A stretch of DNA of 64,000 nucleotides, taken from assembly GCA_964423445.1 (NCBI GenBank), contig CAYREQ010000001.1:1732-65731 (forward strand), read 5' to 3'. Positions 49,554 to 58,287 of the stretch are shown piece after piece (position 1 is the first letter of the stretch; each line of letters opens with the position of its first letter). The position numbers and the translations under genes are program-made. The notes under the pieces were generated by a model that had not been told where the DNA came from, ran no database searches, and worked only from the letters and a program-made list of their open reading frames with translations. Source of the stretch: an uncultured Candidatus Saccharibacteria bacterium. Lineage in GTDB: Bacteria; Patescibacteriota; Minisyncoccia; Phycocordibacterales; UBA9973.

Positions 49554-49597
49554 AAGCCATTGAGGCAATTCAACGAATTAGCTTTAATGGCTTTTTC
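49554..49597 (+). terminator. Terminator after the 45-aa peptide
   Basis: AAAAGCCATT.../...AATGGCTTTT. Confidence 0.6.
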
Positions 49598-49616
49598 TAT
49601 TTGTGTATAAAAATAA

Positions 49617-49651
49617 AACCCTCGGAATTTTCTTTGAAAATTCCGAGGGTT
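49617..49651 (-). terminator. Terminator (CCTCGGAA stem)
   Basis: AACCCTCGGAATTTTC-TTT-GAAAATTCCGAGGGTT. Confidence 0.7.
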
Positions 49652-49673
49652 GATTTGTAAGTAGCTATGATGG

Positions 49674-49886
49674 CTACTTTTTACTTGGAGCTTCTACGAG
49701 GGTAGTACGCTTTATCTTTACACAAGGATGGTACCAAGAACCATCAGGCCTTTTATAAATGACGTCATTACCCTTTGTCGCCCTGCATCCGCAAGGCAAC
49801 GTAGGAATACGTGATGAGACCGTCATCTCATCTCGCGTCTTGGTTCTACGTGCAAACCAAGCTTCGAAAGACAATTTTTCATTCAT
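49674..49886 (-). CDS. Small hypothetical protein with CxC...HxC (possible zinc ribbon)
   Basis: AAGGAG SD with good spacing to ATG 49886; LPCGC...YHPC. Confidence 0.6.
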   Translation of the reverse strand: MNEKLSFEAWFARRTKTRDEMTVSSRIPTLPCGCRATKGNDVIYKRPDGSWYHPCVKIKRTTLVEAPSKK

Positions 49887-49900
49887 AGTCATATCTCCTT

Positions 49901-49940
49901 AAAGAACAAAATACCAGCCTTTTTAAAAGACTGGTATTTG
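49901..49940 (-). terminator. Attenuator terminator
   Basis: Minus strand AAATACCAGTCTT/AAGGCTGGTATTT then TGTTCTTT. Confidence 0.75.
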
Positions 49941-49966
49941 AGTTGTGTTTATTGAATAGTTTATAT

Positions 49967-50047
49967 TTACAGCACAAAAATCAGCCTTCTAATTTTGTTT
50001 CGAAAGCTAAATACATAACTGTTTAAATTTTTCGCTGTTTTTACCAT
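49967..50047 (-). CDS. Putative 26-aa attenuator leader peptide MVKTAKNLNSYVFSFRNKIRRLIFVL
   Basis: TTGCAA-17-TAATGT-6-ATG; homologous to 43330-43410. Confidence 0.65.
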   Translation of the reverse strand: MVKTAKNLNSYVFSFRNKIRRLIFVL

Positions 50048-50130
50048 ATATTTACATTAACAAAATGTATAAGTATTTGCAATTTGTTACACTTTCTTTT
50101 AAAAACTAGCAGTAAAAATTCCTTAATAAT

Positions 50131-50916
50131 TTATACAAGTAGAGAGTTTATGTGGTCTATAAGATTTTGGTATTCTTTTTTATAAGCAGGAACAAGTATT
50201 TTTTCTGGAGTAGGCCTGAAAGTTAAGCCTTTTTCAAAAGGGTTTATATCTTCCCCGTCACTATCTGCCCAAAAAAGCTTAATTATGTTTTTCATCATTA
50301 TCTTTGCCGAGTCTTCATTTAAGGGTCTATTTATACAATATCGAAAAGAACCCAAAACAATATCCATTGCAGAACTTAAATTAGATGCGTTATCACATGT
50401 TGAGGAAAATAATTTTATTTTAGTTAATTCTACGTTCCTATCTTTTACTACTAGTCCAGTTGTAAATTTTTCAGAAAGGAATTTATATTCTCCAATATCA
50501 GATAATCTGTCCACGAATACCATGCCAGTAGAATTTTTTTGTGTTAGGTAGTGATTAAATTTACCAACAATATGATCAGCTCCCCACTTTACTGTTTTAT
50601 TTATTCCCTGGCTACTAGCTATCTTATGTAAAACAACATACGCTAAAAATTTACACTCATTTTCTATGCATAAATTAATAATTTTACTTTTTATTTTTGC
50701 AAAGTCAGTAGTACTGATATTTTTTGGTCTAGTATTTGAGTCAAATTTTAAACTATCAGTTGAATTAAAATTGTATTCTTTTCTAATTTTTTTTATTTCA
50801 TCATCAATAATATCTATTTTTTCTAGGGGTATGATCAAACCACCATATGCAAAAAACTTTATTCCAAGATTTTCTTGTTCAGTTAGGTTTGTTTCATCAG
50901 TAAAAAGTAAATACAT
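50131..50916 (-). CDS. DUF3800-like protein
   Basis: MYLLFTDE start, .D.., late D..G pattern of an RNase H-like fold; low GC. Confidence 0.65.
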   Translation of the reverse strand: MYLLFTDETNLTEQENLGIKFFAYGGLIIPLEKIDIIDDEIKKIRKEYNFNSTDSLKFDSNTRPKNISTTDFAKIKSKIINLCIENECKFLAYVVLHKIASSQGINKTVKWGADHIVGKFNHYLTQKNSTGMVFVDRLSDIGEYKFLSEKFTTGLVVKDRNVELTKIKLFSSTCDNASNLSSAMDIVLGSFRYCINRPLNEDSAKIMMKNIIKLFWADSDGEDINPFEKGLTFRPTPEKILVPAYKKEYQNLIDHINSLLV

Positions 50917-50919
50917 ATT

Positions 50920-53400
50920 CTATTTCAAAAACTCTTCTATATTCTTCCCATCTCGTTTTAACCAAGCTATGTTGCCTTCGAGGCGTTCTACTAGCTGATC
51001 TATAGCTCTCTTGGCTCCTGGGGCATCAGCCGTCTTGAAGAATTTTACTATAGATTTTAAGTGACGCTCTTCTGCACTACCACCTATGGCTTTTACGGCT
51101 CGGCCGAGAGTGAGGCCTCCTTCGCCATAACGGGTGACGAGAGTTTTCCAATTCTTTTGCAAGAAATTCCACCAGATATCTCGGCCGAGCGGGTTTGATC
51201 CGACAGAGGACAGGATGCCTACGGTATCTTGGATACGCACATGCTCGGACATAGCAAACTCGCAAGCACTTTGTAAAAGCTTTGGGTCAGTAAAATCGCC
51301 GAGTGCTCCGCCGAGGCGATTTTTTTCTTCGTGCAAAGTCTCTGCTTTATATCTTTTTACAAATTCTTCGAAATCTTTTTTATTACCAGATGAAGCTACT
51401 ACTCCATACACAGCTCCGCGGATATCTGGATTTGTTTTTCCACTTTTAAATTTCTTTCGTGCCTCATCTATTACTTTTTTGTCACCAGCTCGGCCGAGGC
51501 GAGAAATTGCGAGAGAACGCAAAAGGGAATCAGTATGTGAATCATCGGGTTTTTTATTCCAGCCGAGGCGCTTTAAGGTAGGAGAGAATAAATTAATCAC
51601 AAATTTATTCAAGTTTTTATTGTGAGGGAGGAGCTGTTCTATTCTGGCTAGACCCATAGCTATTTCTAGCCACACAGTATAATTGTCTTCATTTTTATAG
51701 TTTGGTAAAAATTCTAGGGCATCTGTGGTGGGGATGACTCCAGCTTCTGATAAAGCAAACAAATCACGTATCACTCCGAGTCTGTCGCGGGCAGAAAGTT
51801 TTTTGTTTTGTATTGGCACATAGAGACCCTCCAACAACTCTTTGGAGTATGCGGTGCGATAAAATCCAGCCTCACCAAAATTTACTTTATTATTTTTGTA
51901 ATTTATAGGCATTTCCCATTTTGTTTTATCACTAATTTTTTTTGCAGAAATTGGGCTCGCAAAGAATCTCTTTTGAGAAAATATTACTTTCTCATGTTTC
52001 AATTCAGCTTTGACGACAGGGTAGCCGGGCTTACTCGTCCAATTGTTCATCATCTTGGCGACAGGTTTGCCAGACACTTTTTCAAATGCTTGCCATAGAT
52101 GGATGGTCTCGGTGTTTTTATAGCTGTGTTTTTTTAGATAGTATCGCAAACCATCTCGGAAATCTGTTTCGCCTAAATAATCTGCAAGCATTCGGATGAC
52201 AGATGCTCCTTTTGAATATGATACTTCATCAAAAATTTCTCCGATTTCGCTCGGGTGGTGTACTTCTACTTCTATAGGGTGTGTAGTAGCCAAAGCATCC
52301 AAACGCAGTGCCACACCGAGGTCATTTGTAGAAAACTGAGTCCATATGTCCCATTTTGGGAAAAGCTTGTCCACAGCTAGGTATTCTATATATGAAGCAA
52401 AGCCTTCATTTAGCCAGAGATGAGTCCACCACTCCATAGTCACTAAATTTCCAAACCATTGATGAGCTAGCTCGTGAGCGACTACGAGTGCCACCCACTG
52501 CTTGTTTGAGATAGAAGAATGTTCTTCGTCTACCAATAGAGCAGACTCTCTGTAAGTAATAGCGCCCCAGTTTTCCATAGCTCCTGAAGCAAAGTCTGGA
52601 ATAGCTATCATGTCTAAGACAGGAAGGGGATATTTTATATCAAAATATTTTTCGTAAAATTCTAGAGTCTTCACTGCACAATCTAGGGCAAACTTTGCCT
52701 GATGTTTTTTATTTGGTGTGGTGTATATTCGTACCCGGACACCATTTTTTGCCTTCTTTTCAATATATTCAAAATCTCCAATGATAAAAGCTAGGAGATA
52801 AGTAGACATTTTAGGTGTAGGAGAAAATTTTAAAATATCATAACCAGCTTCATGCTCTATCATAGACACTGGCAAGGTATTTGATATGGCAGTCTTGCCT
52901 TTGGGCACTATGAGTGAGATGTGAAAGACTGCTTTGTGGGCTGGCTCATCAAAACAAGGGAAAGCTCGGCGTGCATCAGTGGCTTCAAATTGGGTGGTAG
53001 CCATAAAAGCTTCTTTGTCTTTTATCATGTAGCTACTCCTATAAAATCCTCGCATCTTGTCGTTTAGAATTCCCTTGAATACGAGAGACAATTTTATTTT
53101 TCCAGTCGGAATTATCTTTGGGAATAAAAAAGTGGCTGTCTCGGATTTTTCATCATAAGAAATTTTTGCAAATATTTTTTCTTTACCAATCAAAACATCT
53201 GCTGTGTCTATCTCTATTTCTTTTGAATGCAGAGTGATAGATTTTGTATTAGATAGAATTGATAAATAAATTGTCTCGACTCCACTGAAAGTAAAATTTT
53301 CTAGGTCTGGCTTTAGCCCTATCTCGTATTCTAGGGGTATTATATTTTTTGAGAGGCGGACATTTGACGATGATTTTTTAGGCTTATTTTTATTTTGCAT
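50920..53400 (-). CDS. pepN: M1 family aminopeptidase N
   Basis: GAMENWG, HELAHQWFG, LNEGFA. Confidence 0.93.
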   Translation of the reverse strand: MQNKNKPKKSSSNVRLSKNIIPLEYEIGLKPDLENFTFSGVETIYLSILSNTKSITLHSKEIEIDTADVLIGKEKIFAKISYDEKSETATFLFPKIIPTGKIKLSLVFKGILNDKMRGFYRSSYMIKDKEAFMATTQFEATDARRAFPCFDEPAHKAVFHISLIVPKGKTAISNTLPVSMIEHEAGYDILKFSPTPKMSTYLLAFIIGDFEYIEKKAKNGVRVRIYTTPNKKHQAKFALDCAVKTLEFYEKYFDIKYPLPVLDMIAIPDFASGAMENWGAITYRESALLVDEEHSSISNKQWVALVVAHELAHQWFGNLVTMEWWTHLWLNEGFASYIEYLAVDKLFPKWDIWTQFSTNDLGVALRLDALATTHPIEVEVHHPSEIGEIFDEVSYSKGASVIRMLADYLGETDFRDGLRYYLKKHSYKNTETIHLWQAFEKVSGKPVAKMMNNWTSKPGYPVVKAELKHEKVIFSQKRFFASPISAKKISDKTKWEMPINYKNNKVNFGEAGFYRTAYSKELLEGLYVPIQNKKLSARDRLGVIRDLFALSEAGVIPTTDALEFLPNYKNEDNYTVWLEIAMGLARIEQLLPHNKNLNKFVINLFSPTLKRLGWNKKPDDSHTDSLLRSLAISRLGRAGDKKVIDEARKKFKSGKTNPDIRGAVYGVVASSGNKKDFEEFVKRYKAETLHEEKNRLGGALGDFTDPKLLQSACEFAMSEHVRIQDTVGILSSVGSNPLGRDIWWNFLQKNWKTLVTRYGEGGLTLGRAVKAIGGSAEERHLKSIVKFFKTADAPGAKRAIDQLVERLEGNIAWLKRDGKNIEEFLK

Positions 53401-53422
53401 AAAGAAATGTTATCATATAACG
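53401..53422. promoter_or_regulatory. Overlapping divergent extended -10 promoters
   Basis: Plus strand TGtTATCAT-6-ATG; minus strand TGaTAACAT-6-ATG. Confidence 0.7.
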
Positions 53423-54193
53423 ATGGAAACCCAAAATGAGCCAGATATTTATGCTATAAAAACGCCCATTTTTGAAGGCCCGCTTGGGATCCTTTTGGAT
53501 TTAGTAGAAAAACGCAAGCTCTTTATAAACGATGTGTCACTCGCTTCTGTGACTGAAGATTTCCTAGCATATATGAACAAACTGGGCGGACTAGGGCCGG
53601 CTCAAATCACGAGCTTTGTATTAGTGGCTTCTATTTTAATTTTAATTAAATCAAAATCTCTTTTACCAAATTTGAGTCTGACCGATGAAGAGCAAGGTGA
53701 TATAAAAGATTTGGAAGAGAGACTCCGACTCTATAAAATTTTTATTAGTCTGGGAGGAAATATAAAAAGTAATTTTGGAAAACACGTCATCTTTGCTCCG
53801 CTCGAGAGAAAAAATAATACTTTGGTTTTTTTGCCAGATAAACAAATCTCCAAAGATAGCATGATGGGTTTTGCTCGTGGAGTCTTGGGTGGGATGCCGA
53901 AAAAGGTATTTATGCCCGAAGTAGAAGTACGAAAAGTCATCAGTATTGAAGAAGTGATAGATAATCTGACAGAGAGAATACAGACTGCGATGCAAGTTAG
54001 CTTTTCAGAATTTGCTGGCAAAAAACAGGGAGTAGTACATACTCGTGCAGAAAAGGTGACCGTGATAGTGAGCTTTTTGGCTATGCTTGAATTGGTCCGA
54101 AATGGCATACTGGATGCAGTCCAAAATAGTCATGCCGAAGATATAATTATCAGTAAACAAGAAAATGAATTAAATACAACAAACAATGAATAA
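53423..54193 (+). CDS. scpA: Segregation and condensation protein A
   Basis: FEGPL.LL.L, FLAMLELV. Confidence 0.92.
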   Translation: METQNEPDIYAIKTPIFEGPLGILLDLVEKRKLFINDVSLASVTEDFLAYMNKLGGLGPAQITSFVLVASILILIKSKSLLPNLSLTDEEQGDIKDLEERLRLYKIFISLGGNIKSNFGKHVIFAPLERKNNTLVFLPDKQISKDSMMGFARGVLGGMPKKVFMPEVEVRKVISIEEVIDNLTERIQTAMQVSFSEFAGKKQGVVHTRAEKVTVIVSFLAMLELVRNGILDAVQNSHAEDIIISKQENELNTTNNE

Positions 54194-54749
54194 TCTAGAA
54201 TCAAAAATTGAAGCAGTGTTATTTTGGAAAGGTGAGCCAGTGTCACGAAAAAAGCTCGCTGATATTTTGAAAGTTACACCAGAAGAAATAAATGAAGCTA
54301 TAGAAAAATTGAAACAAAATTTATCAGGCAGAGGCATAGTCTTGCAAGAGAAAGAAAATGAAGTCACCCTCGGCACTACACCAGAATTGTCTACATTGTT
54401 TGAAGACTTGCAAAAAGAAGAATTGAACAGAGACCTTTCAAAAGCATCACTAGAGACTTTGTCTATAATCCTTTATAAAAATGGAGCAAATAGAGCAGAG
54501 ATAGACTATATCAGGGGAGTGAATTCCAGCTTTACCTTGCGAGCACTTTCTGTGCGTGGGCTCGTAGAAAAAGTATTAGACACAAAAGATAATAGACGCT
54601 ATATGTACAAGCCGAGCTTTGAATTGCTCTCTTATATGGGTGTAAAGTCTGTAGAAGAATTGCCAGATTATGCTGAAGTAAATAATTCTATAAACGGAGC
54701 TGCAAAAGAGATGGAAGATTTATCAAAAGAAGAAGAAAATAAAATTTAA
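54186..54749 (+). CDS. scpB: Segregation and condensation protein B
   Basis: IEAVLF, LSKASLETL, IDYIRGVNS. Confidence 0.92.
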   Translation: MNNLESKIEAVLFWKGEPVSRKKLADILKVTPEEINEAIEKLKQNLSGRGIVLQEKENEVTLGTTPELSTLFEDLQKEELNRDLSKASLETLSIILYKNGANRAEIDYIRGVNSSFTLRALSVRGLVEKVLDTKDNRRYMYKPSFELLSYMGVKSVEELPDYAEVNNSINGAAKEMEDLSKEEENKI

Positions 54750-54769
54750 AATTTTGTTATACTTTTATT

Positions 54770-55825
54770 ATGTACTTAGATTTAATTAAAATTTCCTTAC
54801 CGACAATACTAGCCTTCTTTTTAGGATTATTTTTTACTCCTATTGCCACACACTTTTTCTTTAAATATAAAATGTGGAAGAGGTATGCCAGAAATGAGTC
54901 TGTAAATAATCCAGAATTTTCAAAAGTTCACAGTGATAAAGCCGAATTGAATACTCCACGAGTGGGTGGAATAATCGTATGGTTTTCAGTCATTTTGGCT
55001 ACATTGGTTTTTTATTTTATTTCTCTAATTATCCCATCTATAAGTACAGAGAAAATAAATTTCTTAAGCCGAAATCAAACCCTGATACCTTTTATCACAC
55101 TTATTTTTGGATCATTGCTCGGACTATGGGATGACCTGATACAAATATATGGACATAGTAAAATAGCTCGTGATGATAAATCTTGGCGTAAATGGAAGGC
55201 TTTTCTCATAGGACTTTCTTCTCTATTTGTCGGACTTTGGTTTTTCTATAAACTCGGTATGACTAGCATACATATACCATTTGGTGGAGACTTATATTTA
55301 GGAATTTTAATCATTCCATTTTTTATGCTCGTAGCTTTGTCTACTTTTTCTGGAGGAGTGATAGATGGTCTAGATGGCCTCTCTGGTGGGGTTTTTGCCT
55401 CTATTTTCGCCTCCTACGCAGTGATAGCATATACAAACAATCAGATAGACATAGCGGCTTTTTGCGGGGTCGTGACGGGCTCAATATTGGCTTTTTTGTG
55501 GTTTAATATACCACCTGCTAGATTCTATATGGGTGAGACAGGCATCATGGGACTGACCCTGATGCTGGCTACAATTGCATTTTTGACTGATTCAGTGCTC
55601 CTATTACCTGTGATTGCATTGCCACTCGTCATCACCTCTATGTCAGTCATATTGCAGTTTTTTTCAAAGAAGTTTAGAGGAGGTAAAAAAATATTTAAGC
55701 TTGCACCTATACACCACCATTTTGAAGCTATCGGCTGGCCATCTTACAAGGTGACTATGCGTTTCTGGGTTTTGTCCGCTGTGTTTTCTATAATCGGTAT
55801 TATTCTATTTGTAGTAAGTAAATAA
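54770..55825 (+). CDS. mraY: Phospho-N-acetylmuramoyl-pentapeptide transferase
   Basis: TPRVGG, DD, DGLDGL, APIHHHFE. Confidence 0.9.
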   Translation: MYLDLIKISLPTILAFFLGLFFTPIATHFFFKYKMWKRYARNESVNNPEFSKVHSDKAELNTPRVGGIIVWFSVILATLVFYFISLIIPSISTEKINFLSRNQTLIPFITLIFGSLLGLWDDLIQIYGHSKIARDDKSWRKWKAFLIGLSSLFVGLWFFYKLGMTSIHIPFGGDLYLGILIIPFFMLVALSTFSGGVIDGLDGLSGGVFASIFASYAVIAYTNNQIDIAAFCGVVTGSILAFLWFNIPPARFYMGETGIMGLTLMLATIAFLTDSVLLLPVIALPLVITSMSVILQFFSKKFRGGKKIFKLAPIHHHFEAIGWPSYKVTMRFWVLSAVFSIIGIILFVVSK

Positions 55826-55830
55826 AATAA

Positions 55831-57123
55831 ATGAAAGAATTATTTAAAAAGATAATAACTTATATTTTGCGAGTAGAATCTGAACTCGTATTGTATAAAT
55901 ACAAACCAAAAATTATTGCTATCACTGGCTCTGTGGGGAAGACTTCTACCAAGGATGCTATCTATGCTGTCATCTCAAAATTTTCTGATGTAAGAAGGAG
56001 TGAGAAGAGCTACAACAGTGAGATAGGATTACCACTGACTATTTTGGATTGTCCAAATGGCTGGAGTAGTCCAATAATTTGGACAAAAAATATTTTTAAA
56101 GGTTTGTGGCTCATCATTGCTCCACACAAATATCCGAGCTGGCTGGTGCTCGAAGTCGGCGTAGGAAAAGCTGGAGACATGAGAGCTACCGCATCTTGGC
56201 TAAAGACTGATGTGGTCATCGTGACTGCTATCGGAGAGACTCCATCACACATTGAATTTTTTAATTCACGAAAACATTTGATAGAAGAAAAAAGTGAGCT
56301 TATAAAAACTTTGAAAAAAGATGGAATTTTAATTTTAAATGCTGATGATGAAGATGTGCTAGCCATGAAAAGTAAGACCAAGCAACTCATAGTGACTTAT
56401 GGTTTTAAAGAAGGAGCAGACATCGTAGGCTCTGGAGACAGTATTTTATATAGTGACGACGGAGTACCCGAAGGAATAATCTTTAGAGTAGACGAACAAG
56501 GTAATAGTATGCCGGTGGAGATAGAAGGAGTCTTTGGACGAAATCATGTATATGCATCACTGGCATCTTTGGCAGTGGCTTCAGCTTTGAAATTGAACAC
56601 TCTCACAGCGATAGATGCATTAAAGAATTACGACGTGCCAGCTGGGCGTATGAGATTATTAAAGGGTATAAATGACTCTATCATCATAGATGATACTTAT
56701 AATTCTTCACCACTAGCTTGTGAATCTGCGCTAAAAACTATAAAAGAAATAAAGATGAAAGGACGCCGAATAGCTGTACTCGGTGACATGCTCGAGCTCG
56801 GTAAACACACAGTGGAAGCTCATAAAAATATCGGCAAAATTGCAAAAGATATCGTGGAGATATTGATAGTAGTAGGACCTAGAGCAAAGAGCATAGAAGA
56901 AGGTGCTTTGGAGGAGGGCATGAAACAAGAAAATATTTTTGAATTTTTAAACTCAAATGAAGCAGGAGAATTTGTGAAAAGTTTTGTAAAGACAGGTGAC
57001 ATAGTCTTGGTAAAAGGTTCACAGGGTGTGCGTATGGAAAAAGTTACTGAAGCCATGCTACTCGATAAGAAAAATAAAGAAAAATTACTCGTCCGCCAAG
57101 ACAGTGAGTGGAAGAAAAAATAA
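55831..57123 (+). CDS. murF: UDP-MurNAc-tripeptide--D-Ala-D-Ala ligase
   Basis: ITGSVGKTSTK, DDTYN, GDMLELG, LVKGS. Confidence 0.9.
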   Translation: MKELFKKIITYILRVESELVLYKYKPKIIAITGSVGKTSTKDAIYAVISKFSDVRRSEKSYNSEIGLPLTILDCPNGWSSPIIWTKNIFKGLWLIIAPHKYPSWLVLEVGVGKAGDMRATASWLKTDVVIVTAIGETPSHIEFFNSRKHLIEEKSELIKTLKKDGILILNADDEDVLAMKSKTKQLIVTYGFKEGADIVGSGDSILYSDDGVPEGIIFRVDEQGNSMPVEIEGVFGRNHVYASLASLAVASALKLNTLTAIDALKNYDVPAGRMRLLKGINDSIIIDDTYNSSPLACESALKTIKEIKMKGRRIAVLGDMLELGKHTVEAHKNIGKIAKDIVEILIVVGPRAKSIEEGALEEGMKQENIFEFLNSNEAGEFVKSFVKTGDIVLVKGSQGVRMEKVTEAMLLDKKNKEKLLVRQDSEWKKK

Positions 57124-57194
57124 TAAAAATCTAATTTATTATTTTTTGACTAAAATCATAAAATGTGATATAAATTTTTTGGAGGTTTTTCTTT

Positions 57195-57410
57195 ATGGCA
57201 AACACGGGAGAAGATGGCTCAATCTCTGAGCCTTTGGATTCAACTTTGGAACTCTCACCAACGGGTGACGAGTCGGCACTGGACATTGATTCAGGCGTTT
57301 TCAAAAAGTTTGATGGCAACCCGGCAAAACCGGACCTGCCATCAGTAGAACAGCGGGCTGCTTTTCATGCTCGTGGAGGCTGGCGACCATCAGGTGGCCG
57401 TAAAAAATAG
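57195..57410 (+). CDS. Small acidic hypothetical protein
   Basis: TTGACT-17-TATAAA promoter, GGAGG SD. Confidence 0.6.
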   Translation: MANTGEDGSISEPLDSTLELSPTGDESALDIDSGVFKKFDGNPAKPDLPSVEQRAAFHARGGWRPSGGRKK

Positions 57411-57421
57411 GAGGAGATGTA

Positions 57422-57778
57422 ATGCCGGAACCTGTCTTGTCGGCTTACCTACGAAAGGCTGGGAATATTGCAATTCTTGACCTTTCTGGGAAGATAACCA
57501 TGGGAGAAGGAGCTGTACGTCTCCGCGTCGAAGTCCGGAGACTTTTAAACGAGGGCTGGAATAAAATCTTGCTTAATTTTGAGCAAGTAAAGTCTGTCGA
57601 CCTTTCTGGTGTTGGCGAAATAAAACTTTGCATTAACTGTGCCGAAAAAGAAGGCGGTGAAATGAAAGGTGAATTTGCTGTAAACATCAAAGATGTCGGA
57701 GAGCTTACTAGGCTCGTTTCGACGATTGACTGTTTCCGGTCCGAGGCGGAAGCTTTATGCTCTTTTAGTGTAAAATAG
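57422..57778 (+). CDS. STAS-domain anti-sigma-factor antagonist-like protein
   Basis: ILDLSGKITMG, ILLNF..V..VDLSGVGE; AGGAGG SD. Confidence 0.85.
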   Translation: MPEPVLSAYLRKAGNIAILDLSGKITMGEGAVRLRVEVRRLLNEGWNKILLNFEQVKSVDLSGVGEIKLCINCAEKEGGEMKGEFAVNIKDVGELTRLVSTIDCFRSEAEALCSFSVK

Positions 57779-57787
57779 GGGAAAAAA

Positions 57788-57991
57788 ATGACAAAACGTG
57801 ATAAGCAGTTGCGCAAGCAACGCAGGGCGTATAAAAAACGCTTGAAGGAAAGGATGAAAAATGGCGAAGGCAAAGGCCCGAGCCAGACGCCTTCGCCTTA
57901 CGGCTATAGTCGTAAGGAAGGTCGAGGGCAATCCTCCGCAGGCGATGACTACCGTGGTAGCTGGCGTGCCGGTAGATACGGAGTGTTCTAA
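57788..57991 (+). CDS. Small basic hypothetical protein
   Basis: K/R-rich ORF, third gene of a putative operon, followed by a terminator. Confidence 0.5.
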   Translation: MTKRDKQLRKQRRAYKKRLKERMKNGEGKGPSQTPSPYGYSRKEGRGQSSAGDDYRGSWRAGRYGVF

Positions 57992-58019
57992 ACACAAAAA
58001 TCGAGCTTAAGCTCACAGG

Positions 58020-58055
58020 AATAGCCAGGTGTCTAGGAGGACACCTGGCTATATT
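58020..58055 (+). terminator. Terminator
   Basis: ATAGCCAGGTGTC/GACACCTGGCTAT. Confidence 0.7.
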
Positions 58056-58112
58056 AATTTTTGCCATTTTTTGAAAAATAATATAATATATAGAAGTCCA
58101 TTTATTACATAT

Positions 58113-58160
58113 GGCCCTATCGTCTAACCAAGTTAAATACAGTGGACGTGGTCTTTTTTG
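58113..58160 (+). pseudogene. Degenerate copy of the tRNA-Glu 5' half
   Basis: GGCCCTATCGTCTAAC and GGACGTGG(T)CTTTT match the adjacent tRNA; no T arm. Confidence 0.7.
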
Positions 58161-58215
58161 AAAATGCAAAGGGTATATAAATGAGACAAAGTGTTTAATT
58201 GTAAGTAAATAGTTT

Positions 58216-58287
58216 GGCCCTATCGTCTAACGGTTAGGACGTGGCCTTTTCAAGGCTAAAATCAGAGTTCGATTCTCTGTAGGGTCA
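58216..58287 (+). tRNA. tRNA-Glu(TTC)
   Basis: GGCCCTA/TAGGGTC acceptor, TGGCC-TTTTCAA-GGCTA anticodon arm, GTTCGATTC; CCA not encoded. Confidence 0.95.
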
